This document shows, in pieces, positions 11,890-24,446 of a stretch of DNA of 64,000 nt (position 1 is its first letter; each line of letters opens with the position of its first letter). Position numbers and translations under genes: made by a program. Origin of the DNA: Haliotis rubra (Eukaryota); the NCBI RefSeq assembly GCF_003918875.1, contig NW_025764968.1:124001-188000 (forward strand), in the 5' to 3' direction. The notes under the pieces were generated by a model. The model did no database searches. It saw only the letters and a list, made by a program, of their open reading frames with translations, and was not told where the DNA came from.

Positions 11890-14800
11890 TTATTATTAAC
11901 AAAAACACATCCTCATAAAACTGTTTTGCAGCACTGTAGCTATTCTACTGCTTACAAATATAGAAAAATATTTAAGAGATATATTTGTTTCGAAACACAG
12001 TTGGAGGCAGATGTAATGTCTCAGCCAAGCCATTTCTTTGGTAGCAGTGTTTCAAGGCAACTCACTCACTCACTCTGCCCAATGTAGGGATTATAAGGTA
12101 GCCTATATATAGCCTGGGTTCATACATGGCACTCTGGTTCAAGTGTTCGCTTGACATGCTGAAGACCTAGGTTCAGTTCACGATATGGCACAGTGGTTAA
12201 ACTGTTTGCTCATCAGAATACTTGGGTTCTACTCCCCATATGGTACAATGTATAAAGAAAGTAATCCATTCTCAATTTCTCTGCATATTGTACCACATTA
12301 ATTCCTTAGTCCGACATTTACCGCCTGATAAATGTGTTGTTTACATGCAGTGTGCACTATGACGTGATGTTTTGTATATATGTACATTCTAATCAAGGAC
12401 TAACCTCAAGCCTGTGCCAGTCACTGAGGAATGATTTTTTCCATGAATTTTTCCATGAATAAGACAATGTTTTTACTTTAGATCTTTGTAATCTCTACTA
12501 AAAGCTCAGACACTTCATGCAGTTTATTTTATAACTTTGGTCTTACCCTGTCTGGATGGTTTATAGATCTGACAACATTAAAATTGAAAGTCCAGTATTC
12601 GAAGGAATATAATGTCTCAATGGCAATAAGGATTGCTTTGAAAGGAAAACACCCACCAGGTATTTTGACATGAAGTTACATTTCTCCTTTTTTTGTTTCT
12701 TATATTAGATACAGTTATACTTTTTCATGTAAAAAAGAAGGTCGAGAGAAACCCTTCAGAGAGCCATGGTATTGTTTTTCCATGTTTAAACCACATATAA
12801 TTAAATATTAGATTTTCATTCTCAAAGTTTATGAAAGTGACATGGAAGAAAAAGTGTTGAAGTAATTTGTTTAAAATTTAAAAACAACAACATTTTTCTC
12901 AGCATGAATAGATGTAATTCAGATGAAATATACATTTTCTGAATTATGATGATTATTTCATCAAATCAACATGGAAACATTTCTAGCAATTTTCTTCATT
13001 TTCAGGGAGAAATGCAATGATATGAGGAAATAGGTTTCAAGGTGTTTTGGGCAGGAATGGTAAAAAAAAAAGTTTTAAAAAATGCCCCTTACCTTGTTGT
13101 GGCCTTGGAAGTGAACCCATGCAGTTCACTGATGCACACCTATAGGGTTGCCACCTGATCACTACGCCCCTCACTGATGTTTGCTGGATGAGCAGCTGTG
13201 GGATGAAATCAGTAGATAGCAGCCTCTTTCATTCATATCAAGTAGCGTACTACTGTAGGAAGCAGAGGGACCATCTTGAAATTCATTTCTCTTTATAGAT
13301 GAATGCCCTATGACAGTTTAATAGTGTAGGAGTTGTGTTTTACATGAATAAATGTTTGTTGGCAGAAAACTTGTCATATGCAATGATAAAATTGTGGATA
13401 TCGTGATGTTAAGTTTTATAACCTAGCAAAACAAATTGCAGATGTTAAAAAGAACTTATTTCTTAAAAATATGTTGTTTATGTAGAGACGAAATCATATA
13501 ATTTTGTAGAGAGAACATATTTTTAATTTCAAAATAATGACTACGGCGTTATTTTACTTAGTGATCATACTAATTTGATTTTCTGTGTTTGTGGAAAATT
13601 ACTTATAGAAATTTGTAAAAGTGTAATATGAATTCTCTCATAAGTGAAAACTTATCATATAATATGTGTGTGTAATAACTTTTTTATTTATTGCCCATTG
13701 CTTCTTAAGGATTTGTATCTCTCCTTTAGAAACATCATAGAGACGTGATTCACTATTGATATTTAAAACAGTAAACTCAATAGAAGAAATTTGAGCTACT
13801 TCTTAGTTTTGTTCATGCAAATATAAAACAGATGGTGTTGATGGTTATGATGTTAATCTTTAGAATATATGTATTTTTCCTTTAATCAAAACTTTAAGTT
13901 TAGCACTTTTCATAAAAATAGATAGTCCCCTTTGATGTTTAAAATTCTTAAACCATGGATATATATTTGAAAATGATCATTTAACTGTTTATATCACCCC
14001 TATTAAATCACGAAGGCTTTTGATTGGTTGGAAATCGATACATGGATCGACACATGCATGTTTAACCTTGTTGATAGCTGCAGCTGTAATTAGTATATCA
14101 GGATTTATTGGAGGAAATAATTCTCTTAACTCTGTAAGTTATTACTATATTTCTCATTGATTAGATTAGTCTGATCAAGTATTGACTTCAAATGTCCAGA
14201 TTTATTGATTTAGGTTTAGTCGGCATACCCTACTCAACATATTTATTATTTGATCCAGGATTTTTCAAGAAGAATTTTGTATTGACTAATAAATGTATTG
14301 TGTCGGGAATTATGATTTGTCAGGGGGGAAATATATTGTATAATTTTAGGTGATAAAATTATGAGTAGAGTAGACTGCTTGATGCGACACTAGTGTTTGT
14401 GAAATGTACAGGGTTTTTTTAGTTCAGAGATTGTTATTTGTCAGTGAACTTGATCTATCATTGCAACAAGCACGCAGAGTAGTATGATGTACTCTATATG
14501 TCAGCATATGTATCAGCCATGTAAGTTTCTTGACACAAATATCACTTAATGACAAATATTTATGTTTAATCCCCTTTCAAAATATTCTTTCTTCCTGTCC
14601 CACATGCATTCCTAAGTGTTTTGACAAATTTGAATGAATTTTAATTACTAATGTAAAACTGTCTCTTATCTTCAATCTGTAAACATTAAAAGTTATGTTA
14701 TTTGAACGTTTATCATGGCTGGCTATTTTTGAGAATTTTAACGTAAGATTTTCTGTTTTGGAAAAGTAGTGACGTGAAAAGGGTTGTAATCAAGACTAGT

Positions 14801-15507
14801 TCCCATATATATATATATATATATATATATAGTGGTTTAGTGTGTTAATGTGTGTGTATCTGCCATTAGAGTCAGATATTTTCTGGTCAGGGCCGTCACT
14901 CTGTTCTCTACTCCATGGAAACATTACACGTCCACAAAGAACTTGCAAGAAAGTGTCTTAGACCTTAGTTAATAACATAAATAGCAATTCATCTTTTCCA
15001 ACATCTGTATTAAACATGCCGCATCACATTATCTGTGTCTGCTAGTACTTACAGACAAGAACTGTAATATGTGTCATTTGAAATTCACGATGTGTCCTAC
15101 TGAACATTCGCGTTTCATTTGAGTTGCATCTGTCGGCAGTAAGTTTACGCAGATTCCTGGAATAGTTGTTCAGAAGAAATGGAATATCTGAAAACATGAC
15201 ACATGGACATACTTTTAAATGAAATAATACGGAGTAACAAACTTCCCATGGCTTAGAGCTATTGACGTACACAGGCATAAAACAATATTCATCAACCCAC
15301 TGTGGACATGATAGTAGTACTTCAAGTATGTCATAGTTACACATGTTTATCTTAATAACAGGTGTCTGAAAGATGTCAGATATCTGGAATTCCATGTTTA
15401 TCTCTTTGGCAGCCCAAGGTTTCACAAATGTGACTGATTATAACTGAAATATCAGTCAAGCAATGTCATCACCCTAAGACATCCGTGACCTCTTCCATGT
15501 TGTTGTT

Positions 15508-15740
15508 ATTATCCCCCCGCCATCAAGTGGGAGGGGGATATTGCATTGAGCTCTGTCCGTCCATCTGTCCGACCGAGATGAGGGGGACAGATTTTTTCAG
15601 AAACCATTATAGATAATAAATGAAATGAAATGTGATATTTGTTTTCAGGACATGAATTCCTTGATGGAGTTTGAAAATGGAAACAGTGTTACTGTTTGTT
15701 ACAGAGTTATGGCCCTTGTCATGTGTTTCTTGACTTAGTT
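15508..15740 (+). mobile_element. Helentron-associated (DINE-1/HINE-like) element fragment
   Basis: TTATCCCCC(C)GCC..AAGTGGGAGGGG hairpin then GTCC microsatellite; second copy at 35128. Confidence 0.6.
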
Positions 15741-16277
15741 TGTATCAATAGAACAGCAAGTCAGTTAGCCCTGAGCTAAGATTGTTAATTTAGGTCACTG
15801 ACACTGTCGTTTTTCTGTTTGTTGTCTGCCTTAGATTAATCATAATTAATCATGGAAGGTATTAAAATCAGCATCTTAGAAAAGACATACAGTTCGCGAT
15901 ACCATCACGAGCAAGCATCCTCATACTTTGACTATAATAGTTCAGGGCAAAATTGTACTTTATTACACTATAGATGGTGGTAGTGCAAACTGAATTTCAT
16001 AATATTTCCATTGGTATTTCAAATTGTGGCGTCACAATATGTCTGAGATATTGCCAATGTGACGTTAAATATTATTAACTCACTCCCTCAAATTGTGGCC
16101 TACCAGTAAACCAGGACATTCTTTGCATCTCTAACCATGTTTGATTCAACTGACAGGGATGTCAAGAGATTCATACCTCATGTATCGATACATAGACTGA
16201 TACTGGGGTCATGATGTACATACTGTGCACCATGACCTACTAGGTGATTACTGGGTTAGATTTGAACATTTTATTGA

Positions 16278-16829
16278 AGGCACTATTTCACACCACACTT
16301 CTCTAGGTATAAATAATGCATTTCTCTCAATAATTCTAACCATCAGCCCTCAGGGAAGCTACCATATAATTTGTTCCATAAAACATTACATATTTAGATT
16401 AAAATATTAAATCAAAAAGTTCGAATGAATTAATGCAAAGCTGCATTAAATCAACTCTAGCGCCCTCTGCTGGCAGAACATTATTTCAAGCGAACCCCTG
16501 AGAGTTATCTACCTTGGAGTACTCTATGAATATCCTATAACTCCTTTGGAGACAGAACTCAGTTCTAGACAAAAAAACACGCGCAACTTGTGATTGAAAC
16601 CAGTTCGGCAAACACCGACAACACAGTGTGCGGCAGTTTTCGCAATTGTTTACATTCCATATATGGCAAGTGCAAATATCGAAGCTCTTCGCCTCAGAGT
16701 TTCAATTTCAGGCATGTCATAAGGTATAATAAGTCTTTTATTGCATCAATAGGAAGCTAAAGTGAGTGCATATGCCCCAATATATATAATATAGGCCAAA
16801 ATATTCTTGAAAATCGTGAAATTGTGCCT
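16278..16829. mobile_element. MITE with TTAA-like flanks (Kolobok-like)
   Basis: TIRs AGGCACTATTTCAC / GTGAAATTGTGCCT, flanked by TTGA and TTAG. Confidence 0.55.
16458..16476 (-). promoter_or_regulatory. Putative CTCF-binding motif
   Basis: Minus strand CTGCCAGCAGAGGGCGCTA closely matches the CTCF core CCAGCAGGGGGCGCTA. Confidence 0.45.
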
Positions 16830-17289
16830 TTAGTATGTATGAGGTGGTGTGTTTACCAGGATCTTGTCCAATACTGATATGAAACTTTGCGCTCATAAAG
16901 ACCAGTTGCCTACTTGTGTCTACAAGTTTAACTTTGGCTTTGTTCACAATGGTTTAATTATCTGTGGAACTGTTCGATATAAACTTTGCACACATACATT
17001 TTGCAAGCAATGTATATTTAGCATATACTATTTCTGTTTTCTTGGCAATAGGTTTGACTTTGAGTCACTTCACGGGGCTGGGCTTTTTTGGACATATCAC
17101 CAAAATCACTGTTTTTCTTCAGTATGCTAGCATAGTGCTGGGCAGTTATTTTGGACATATCACCAAAAATCACTGATATACAAATTTTTCTTCAGTATGC
17201 TAGCATAATAGTGAGTCATATCATTGTCAAATAATGAACTGATACACAAATTTTATAAAGTTCCAGAATACACACTACCAATGTCAGTT

Positions 17290-17796
17290 TGTTAGAACGT
17301 GACAAAAGGTTTATAAGTCCCCTTTGATAGAACACAGACAAGTCTAAAATATTCAATAATATATTGAACAAACAATGAACAAGCTACAATGAATGACAAT
17401 ACAGATATCTAGTACAATGCAATTGAGTCACAAATGCAGACAGATGTGTATAACTCCAGTCATGTAAAAAGTCTGTGTGTGATTCCGTCTCGCACAACAC
17501 AACAACCAGCCTTTATATAGCTCTTACACATTTCTCGAGCATTCTAGTAAAGGCAGGCAGCATCACCATCCACTCAGAAATAATGGAAATCTGTGGAAAA
17601 CTCCACAACGTGAAGAAGTCAACACGATAAGCAACCAGCCAAGGGAGGCAACTCTGAAGCACTGTCAAAAAGGCGTACCGCTAAAAAATACTACTGCCAT
17701 TGAACATACATGATGTGAGATGAGATCCACAACCCACACTCAAAACTTGAAACATTGTGACCCATAATAATTATCACTCAATCAATGATATCACAA
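17290..17796. mobile_element. Second copy of the solo-LTR-like repeat
   Basis: Block similarity to 10827-11889. Confidence 0.5.
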
Positions 17797-18086
17797 ATTA
17801 CAAAAAACACATCGTAGCAAGTTTTAGTTTAGGACACTATTTCAGCCATGTTTCTGACAAAAGGACAGATAGATGGCTAAAGTAGAACTGGTGAGTTAGG
17901 CATTTTAAAGAAAATGAATGCATTAGAATATCTTCGGTTTGCCTGAACCAAAACAACTTTCTTGGTAACTGGATGATTGCCTTGAACAAGTAACTTGTGT
18001 CAACTCATGGAAGAGCAGTTTTAACCATTGCAAGCCTATGTTTGCCTATACAAGTGTCTATTTTTAGATATTGTCATGAATTTCAG

Positions 18087-18304
18087 AGATGGATACCAGC
18101 ACTGAAAACCTCCCAGGCTTGCAGTCGATGCCATCTTTCAAGCGGGATTTCCATATGACATGTCTGGATGTGTCCCAGAACAAGATTGGTTCCTTGTCCC
18201 ATCTTCTGGAGGCAAAGGAACAATTACTGGCCTGCTTCGCTCGCCTCCAGAAACTCGACCTCAGCTACAACCAGCTGGAGACACTCACCAGCAAACTCTT
18301 CAAG
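18087..18304 (+). CDS. LRRK2: LRRK2 exon W5, first LRRs (EMDTSTENL...LDVSQNKI...LDLSYNQL...LFK)
   Basis: tttcag| and |gtcagt; LxxLxLxxN motifs; phase 1-0. Confidence 0.92.
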
Positions 18305-18785
18305 GTCAGTCAGGGTCAAGTTTGGAAGGTGACCATTATGTGGAATAGTGAGTGAGTGATTGTAGCTTTATGCTACAGTTAGCAATCATTGAGTTGTGAG
18401 GTCAGCCTGTGAATTGTGTAAATATCAGAGCAAGTGAGTGAGTGAGTGAGTGCTTGGTGTTTTTGTGCTGCATCAGGAGACAAAGGTAGACTGCATGAGC
18501 TGCGTATTAGGCAGGAAGGTTTCCTAGTTAGGATTGTGGCTTAAATCAAAGATTGGTTGGAGTTCCATGAGAATTCATACTGACTACAGTGGCCACAAGA
18601 CTGAAACTGAGTTCCAGGTATTCAGACGTGAGATAATCAAGCATGACAATGTTGTTATACGCGTTCAAATCTGCTGCTGTGGATCACTGGATTGTCTGGT
18701 CCAGATTCGATTATTTACAGACCATCACCATATATCTAGAATATTGGTTGGCTAGTGCTGAGTCTGGGAGTTAACCTTGACATAA

Positions 18786-19277
18786 CAGAGGCCCAGATAA
18801 GCTGCGTATCCGGGTAAAATACGCAAATAAAATTTCCAATTACGCATTGAAAAATAACTGTTGCGTACCAATTACGCATTTAAAATGTTAGATACGCAAA
18901 AAGTTTTAAAAAAATGCGTACGGAATATATTTATAAAAATCACTTGCGTAATGAAAAAGACATCGATTGCTATCAAGTTGTACTGTTAGTATAGGACAAG
19001 TGTTGTACTGTCAGTATAGGATGAGTGATTTTTTATGAAATCATTTCCATTATGTTTAAGTTGGTGTTGATTAGGTATGACATAAGGCAGAACATACCTG
19101 CTTAGCAAACTTACTCAATGACATAATACTTAGTTGAGTAAAATGACTGAAATACGCACATATTTGAAAGCAGTGGGTAACGGAAAATGAAATACCCACT
19201 CAACATTCATAATACCCACTAAAAAAAAATACAGTGGGTACAGTACCCACATGAGCTAAATCTTATCTGGAGCTCTG
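18786..19277. mobile_element. hAT-like MITE with 5-bp TSD
   Basis: Imperfect TIRs CAGAGGGCCCAGATAAG / CTTATCTGGAGCTCTG; TSD CATAA. Confidence 0.8.
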
Positions 19278-19431
19278 CATAAAATATGACAGGTATGTCA
19301 GTGTGTCACTTGTTACATGTTGAAAATGTGTGTTATTGAGTCTGACTATATCCATAATGTTTGCAACTGTCTCTTGTAATGGAAGGTTGTAGGATACAAC
19401 TGCCTAATGCATTCCCCCATTCCTGTTCCAG

Positions 19432-19542
19432 CACTTCCCAAGTCTACAGTATGTGGATATACGATACAACAATCTGAAATCATTTCCACATGAATTCGTA
19501 GAGTGTACTGCACTTATCTCTCTCGATCTCAGTCACAACCAG
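19432..19542 (+). CDS. LRRK2: LRRK2 exon W6, LRR (HFPSLQYVDIRYNNL...LISLDLSHNQ)
   Basis: gttccag| and CAG|gtgagc; 111 nt; phase 0-0; not in the ORF track. Confidence 0.93.
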
Positions 19543-22500
19543 GTGAGCTCCATTACATTCCTTGTCACACTCTCAGTCACTACCAGGTGAGCTCCATTAC
19601 ATTTCTTGTCACACTCAATCACAACCAGGTGAGCTCCATTACATTCCTTGCCCCACTCAGTCACTACCAGGTGAGCTCTATTACATTCCTTGTCACTCTC
19701 AGTAACAACCAGGTGAGCTCCATTACATTCCTTGTCACTCTCAGTCACAACCAGGTGAGCTCCATTACATTCCTTGTCACTCTCAATCACAACCAGGTGA
19801 GCTCCATTACATTCCTTGTCACTCTCAATCACAACCAGGTGAGCTCCATTACATTCCTTGTCACACTCAGTCACAACCAGGTGAGCTCCATTACATTCCT
19901 TGTCACTCTCAATCACAACCAGGTGAGCTCCATTACATTCCTTGCCCCACTCAGTCACTACCAGGTGAGCTCTATTACATTCCTTGTCACTCTCAATCAC
20001 AACCAGGTGAGCTCCATTACATTCCTTGTTACTCTCAGTCACAACCAGGTGAGCTCCATTCCATTCCTTGTCACACTCAATCACAACCAGGTGAGCTCCA
20101 TTACATTCCTTGTCACACTCCGTCACTACCAGGTGAGCTCCATTACATTCCTTGTCACTCTCAATCACAACCAGGTGAGCTCCATTACATTCCTTGCCCC
20201 ACTCAGTCACTACCAGGTGAGCTCTATTACATTCCTTGTCACTCTCAGTATCAACAAGGTGAGCTCATTTACATTCCTTGTCACTCTCAGTCACAACCAG
20301 GTGAGCTCCATTACATTCCTTGTCACTCTCAATAACAACCAGGTGAGCACCATTACATTCCTTGTCACACTCAGTCACTACCAGGTGAGCTCTATTACAT
20401 TCCTTGTCACTCTCAGTCACAACCAGGTGAGCTCATTCCATTCCTTGTCACTCTCAATCACAACCAGGTGAGCTCCATTACATTCCATGTCACACTCTGT
20501 CACTACCAGGTGAGCTCCATTACATTCCATGTCACTCTCAATCACAACCAGGTGAGCTCCATTACATTCCTTGCCCCACCCAGTCACTACCAGGTGAGCT
20601 CTATTCCATTCCTTGTCACTCTCAGTCACAACCAGGTGAGCTCATTTACATTCCTTATCACTCTCAGTCACAACCAGGTGAACTCCAGTTCGTTCCTTGT
20701 CACACTCAGTCACAACCAGGTGAGCTCTATTACATTCCTTGTCGGACACAGTCACAACCAGGTGAGCTCCATTACATTCCTTGTCACACTCAGTCACAAC
20801 CAGGTGAGCTCCATTCCATTCCTTGTCACACTCTGTCACTACCAGGTGAGCTCTATTCCATTCCTTGTCACACTCTGTCACAACCAGGTGAACTCCAGTT
20901 CATTCCTTGTCACACTCAATCACAACCAGGTGAGCTCTATTACATTCCTTGTCACACTCTGTCACTACCAAGTGAGCTCCATTCCATTCCTTGTCACACT
21001 CAGTCACAACCAGGTGAGCTCCATTACATTCCTTGTCACACTCTCAGTCACTACCAGGTGAGCTCCATTACATTCCTTGTCACTCTCAGTAACAACCAGG
21101 TGAGCTCCATTACATTCCTTGCCCCACTCAGTCACTACCAGGTGAGCTCTATTACATTCCTTGTCACTCTCAGTCACAACCAGATGAGCTCCATTACATT
21201 CCTTGTCACTCTCAGTCACAACCAGGTGAGCTCCATTCCATTCCTTGTCACTCTCAATCACAACCAGGTGAGCTCCATTACATTCCTTGTCACACTCAGT
21301 TACTACCAGGTGAGCTCCAGTTCATTCCTTGCCCCACTCAGTCACTACCAGGTGAGCTCTATTACATTCCTTGTCACTCTCAGTCACAACCAGGTGAGCT
21401 CATTTACATTCCTTATCACTCTCAGTCACAACCAGGTGAACTCCAGTTCGTTCCTTGTCACACTCAGTCACAACCAGGTGAGCTCTATTACATTCCTTGT
21501 CGGACACAGTCACAACCAGGTGAGCTCCATTACATTCCTTGTCACACTCAGTCACAACCAGGTGAGCTCCATTCCATTCCTTGTCACACTCTGTCACTAC
21601 CAGGTGAGCTCTATTCCATTCCTTGTCACACCCTGTCACAACCAGGTGAACTCCAGTTCATTCCTTGTCACACTCAATCACAACCAGGTGAGCTGTATTA
21701 CATTCCTTGTCACACTCTGTCACTACCAGGTGAGCTCCATTACATTCCTTGTCACACTCAGTCACAACCAGGTGAGCTCCATTACATTCCTTGTCACACT
21801 CTCAGTCACTACCAGGTGAGCTCCATTACATTCCTTGTCACTCTCAATCACAACCAGGTGAGCTCCATTACATTCCTTGCCCCACTCAGTCACAACCAGG
21901 TGAGCTCTTTAACATTCCTTGTCACACTCTGTCACAACCAGGTGAGCTCCAGTTCATTCCTTGTCGGACACAGTCACAACCAGGTGAGCTCCATTCCATT
22001 CCTTGTCACACTCTGTCACTACCAGGTGAGCTCTATTCCATTCCTTGTCACACTCAGTCACTACCAGGTGAGCTCCATTACATTCTTTGTCACACTCAGT
22101 CACAAACAGGTGAGCTCTATTACATTCCTTGTCGGACACAGTCACAACCAGGTGAGCTCTTTTACATTCCTTGTCACACTCTGTCACGACCAGGTGAGCT
22201 CCATTCCATTCCTTGTCACACTCTGTCACTACTAGGTGAGCTCTATTCCATTCCTTGTCACACCCTGTCACAACCAGGTGAGCTCCAGTTCATTCCTTGT
22301 CACACTCAATCACAACCAGGTGAGCTCCATTACATTCCTTGTCGGACACAGTAAGAACCAGGTGAGCTCTTTTCATTCCTTGTCATACTCAGTCACAACC
22401 AGGTGAGCTCCATTACATTCCTTGTCACACTCTGTCACTACCAGGTGAGCTCTATTCCATTCCTTGTCACTCTCAATCACAACCAGGTGAGCCCTTTTAC

Positions 22501-22970
22501 ATTCCTTGTCACACTCTGTCACAACCAGGTGAGCTCCAGTTCATTCCTTGTCACACTCTGTCACAACCAGGTGAGCTCCATTCCATTCCTTGTCACTGTC
22601 AGTCACAACCAGGTGAGCTCCATTCCATTCCATTCCTTGTCACTCTCAATCACAACCAGGTGAGCTCCATTCCATTCCTTGTCACACTCAGTCACAACCA
22701 GGTGAGCTCCATTCCATTCCTTGTCACACTCAGTCAAAACCAGGTGAGCTCTATTACATTCCTTGTCGGTCACAGTTCACAACCAGGTGAGCTCCAGTAC
22801 ATTCCTTGTCACTCTCAGTCACAACAAGGTGAGCTCCAGTACATTCCTTGTCACACTCAGTCACAACCAGGTGAGCTCCATTCCATTCCTTGTCACTCTC
22901 AATCACAACCAGGTGAGCGCTTTTACATTCCTTGTCACACTCAGTCACAACCAGGTGAGTTCCATTCCAT
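19528..22970 (+). repeat. 42-bp minisatellite, about 80 copies, built from the W6 exon end plus 5' splice site
   Basis: Unit CTCAGTCACAACCAG|GTGAGCTCCATTACATTCCTTGTCACA; the first copy overlaps the real exon end. Confidence 0.97.
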
Positions 22971-23102
22971 TTTCTAGAACTGTCATTGTACATTGTCTTT
23001 GGCCAGGCACTGACCACCTGGTCCTGCCTGTAACAGGGACTTATATGATTTATATATAATTTCATATTTGGATTCATATTTTTTATCTTGACACTGATTC
23101 AG

Positions 23103-23239
23103 ATCACCAATCTGAGCAACAAGGACCTGTCTGGAATCTACAGCATCAGGGAACTGAATCTTTCTTCTAATCAGATTGAAAACTTTCCAGACAAAATTGA
23201 CAAAGCCATGCCACATTTGGAGAAGCTGATTCTTTACAA
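23103..23239 (+). CDS. LRRK2: LRRK2 exon W7, LRR (ITNLSNKDLSGIYSIRELNLSSNQI...LEKLILY)
   Basis: gattcag| and |gtaagt; phase 0-2. Confidence 0.93.
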
Positions 23240-24446
23240 GTAAGTGATTCATTGCTTGCTTCACATGATTCATTATTTTGCAATTGGAGGATTTTCATCA
23301 AATTAATTTAATATGTCATAGAATGTTTTGCTATAATTTCTGCAATCAAAACTCCCAGAAAGAGTCCTGCCCAAAGTGTTCGTTATAACAACCAGAAAGC
23401 TTGTTCTTTCTCAAATGTGTTCATAGAATCGGAAGTACTTTGTAAGAAACTATTCTAAAGTGTTTCCCCCATTTAAACTCCATGTTATTTTTTTAGTCAA
23501 CTGTAATGAAAAATACATGGATTGATTGCTGAAATAGGCATGAAACCCAACTCACTCACTCACTCACTCAGTACTGTCAGTACAATAGTACTGTCGGCTT
23601 CCTGGTGAACCTTACCTTAAGTGATATTTGGCCTGGGGTTAATATGGGGTTTATCAAAGCTTGGAAGAGGCAAGCTCAGTTCAGTTATCAGAGATACTCT
23701 GTGCCAGGATACTCTGATTGAAAGCTTGATTGTAAACCTGTTCTGATATTAGTTCCACCAGCAAAATAGAAATTGTGGTCTTTCCTTCCATGTCAGGCAA
23801 TGGGGTAGCCTCCTGGGTAAAGTGTTAACTCATCACGCTGAAGGCTGGGGTCGATTCTTACATGGATTGAAGGCATACCTGGTGTCCCCCACAGTGATAA
23901 AGCAAAAAAAACCTTGTACCTTGTAGAGTTCCTCTTACATCACTTGCTTGATAACGGTGTTAGTACCTACACCGAAACGTCGCATGGATTGCAATAAGGA
24001 TGTTGACTATCCATAGAACTTCACCTATACAACTTCTAAAAGAAGGGATCCTCTTAGTTGTGCCAGGATCTGATTGAAAGCTTGAGTGTAAACCCTCTTG
24101 TTAATTTGTTCTGATCCTAGTTCTACTAGGACAATAGCCATTTCACATCACTTTAGCCTTTCCTTCAATGTCGGGTGATGGTGCTTAAAGTGTTCACTCG
24201 TGCTTAAAGTGTTCACTCGTGCTTAAAGTGTTCACTCATGCTTCCCTATCTTTGTGAAGCCCATTCCTGGCATCCACCACTGTGATATTGCTCAAGTATT
24301 TCGCTCACTCACCACATCCACATTGACTGACTCCAAGGTCTGTCGTTAGATACCCAGCCCTGTCACACTAGATGATGTTTGCTGGTTATTACCCTGTGTG
24401 GCTCTTGGCAGGATAAAACACAGGCTGGTTGTCATTGAGGCATATA

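Noticed and set aside
15042-15425. 127-aa minus-strand ORF
   Set aside because: GTG start, no recognisable motif and no supporting splice structure.
19528-22970. CRISPR-like array
   Set aside because: Head-to-tail units have no unique spacers, the context is a eukaryotic intron, and there are no cas genes.
19503-23077. Long ORFs on both strands (VSSITFLVTLSHNQ and ECNGAHLVVTESDK repeats) as a separate repeat-protein gene
   Set aside because: They arise because the unit is 42 bp. They are broken by frameshifts, and the LRRK2-frame read-through stops at 19588-19590.
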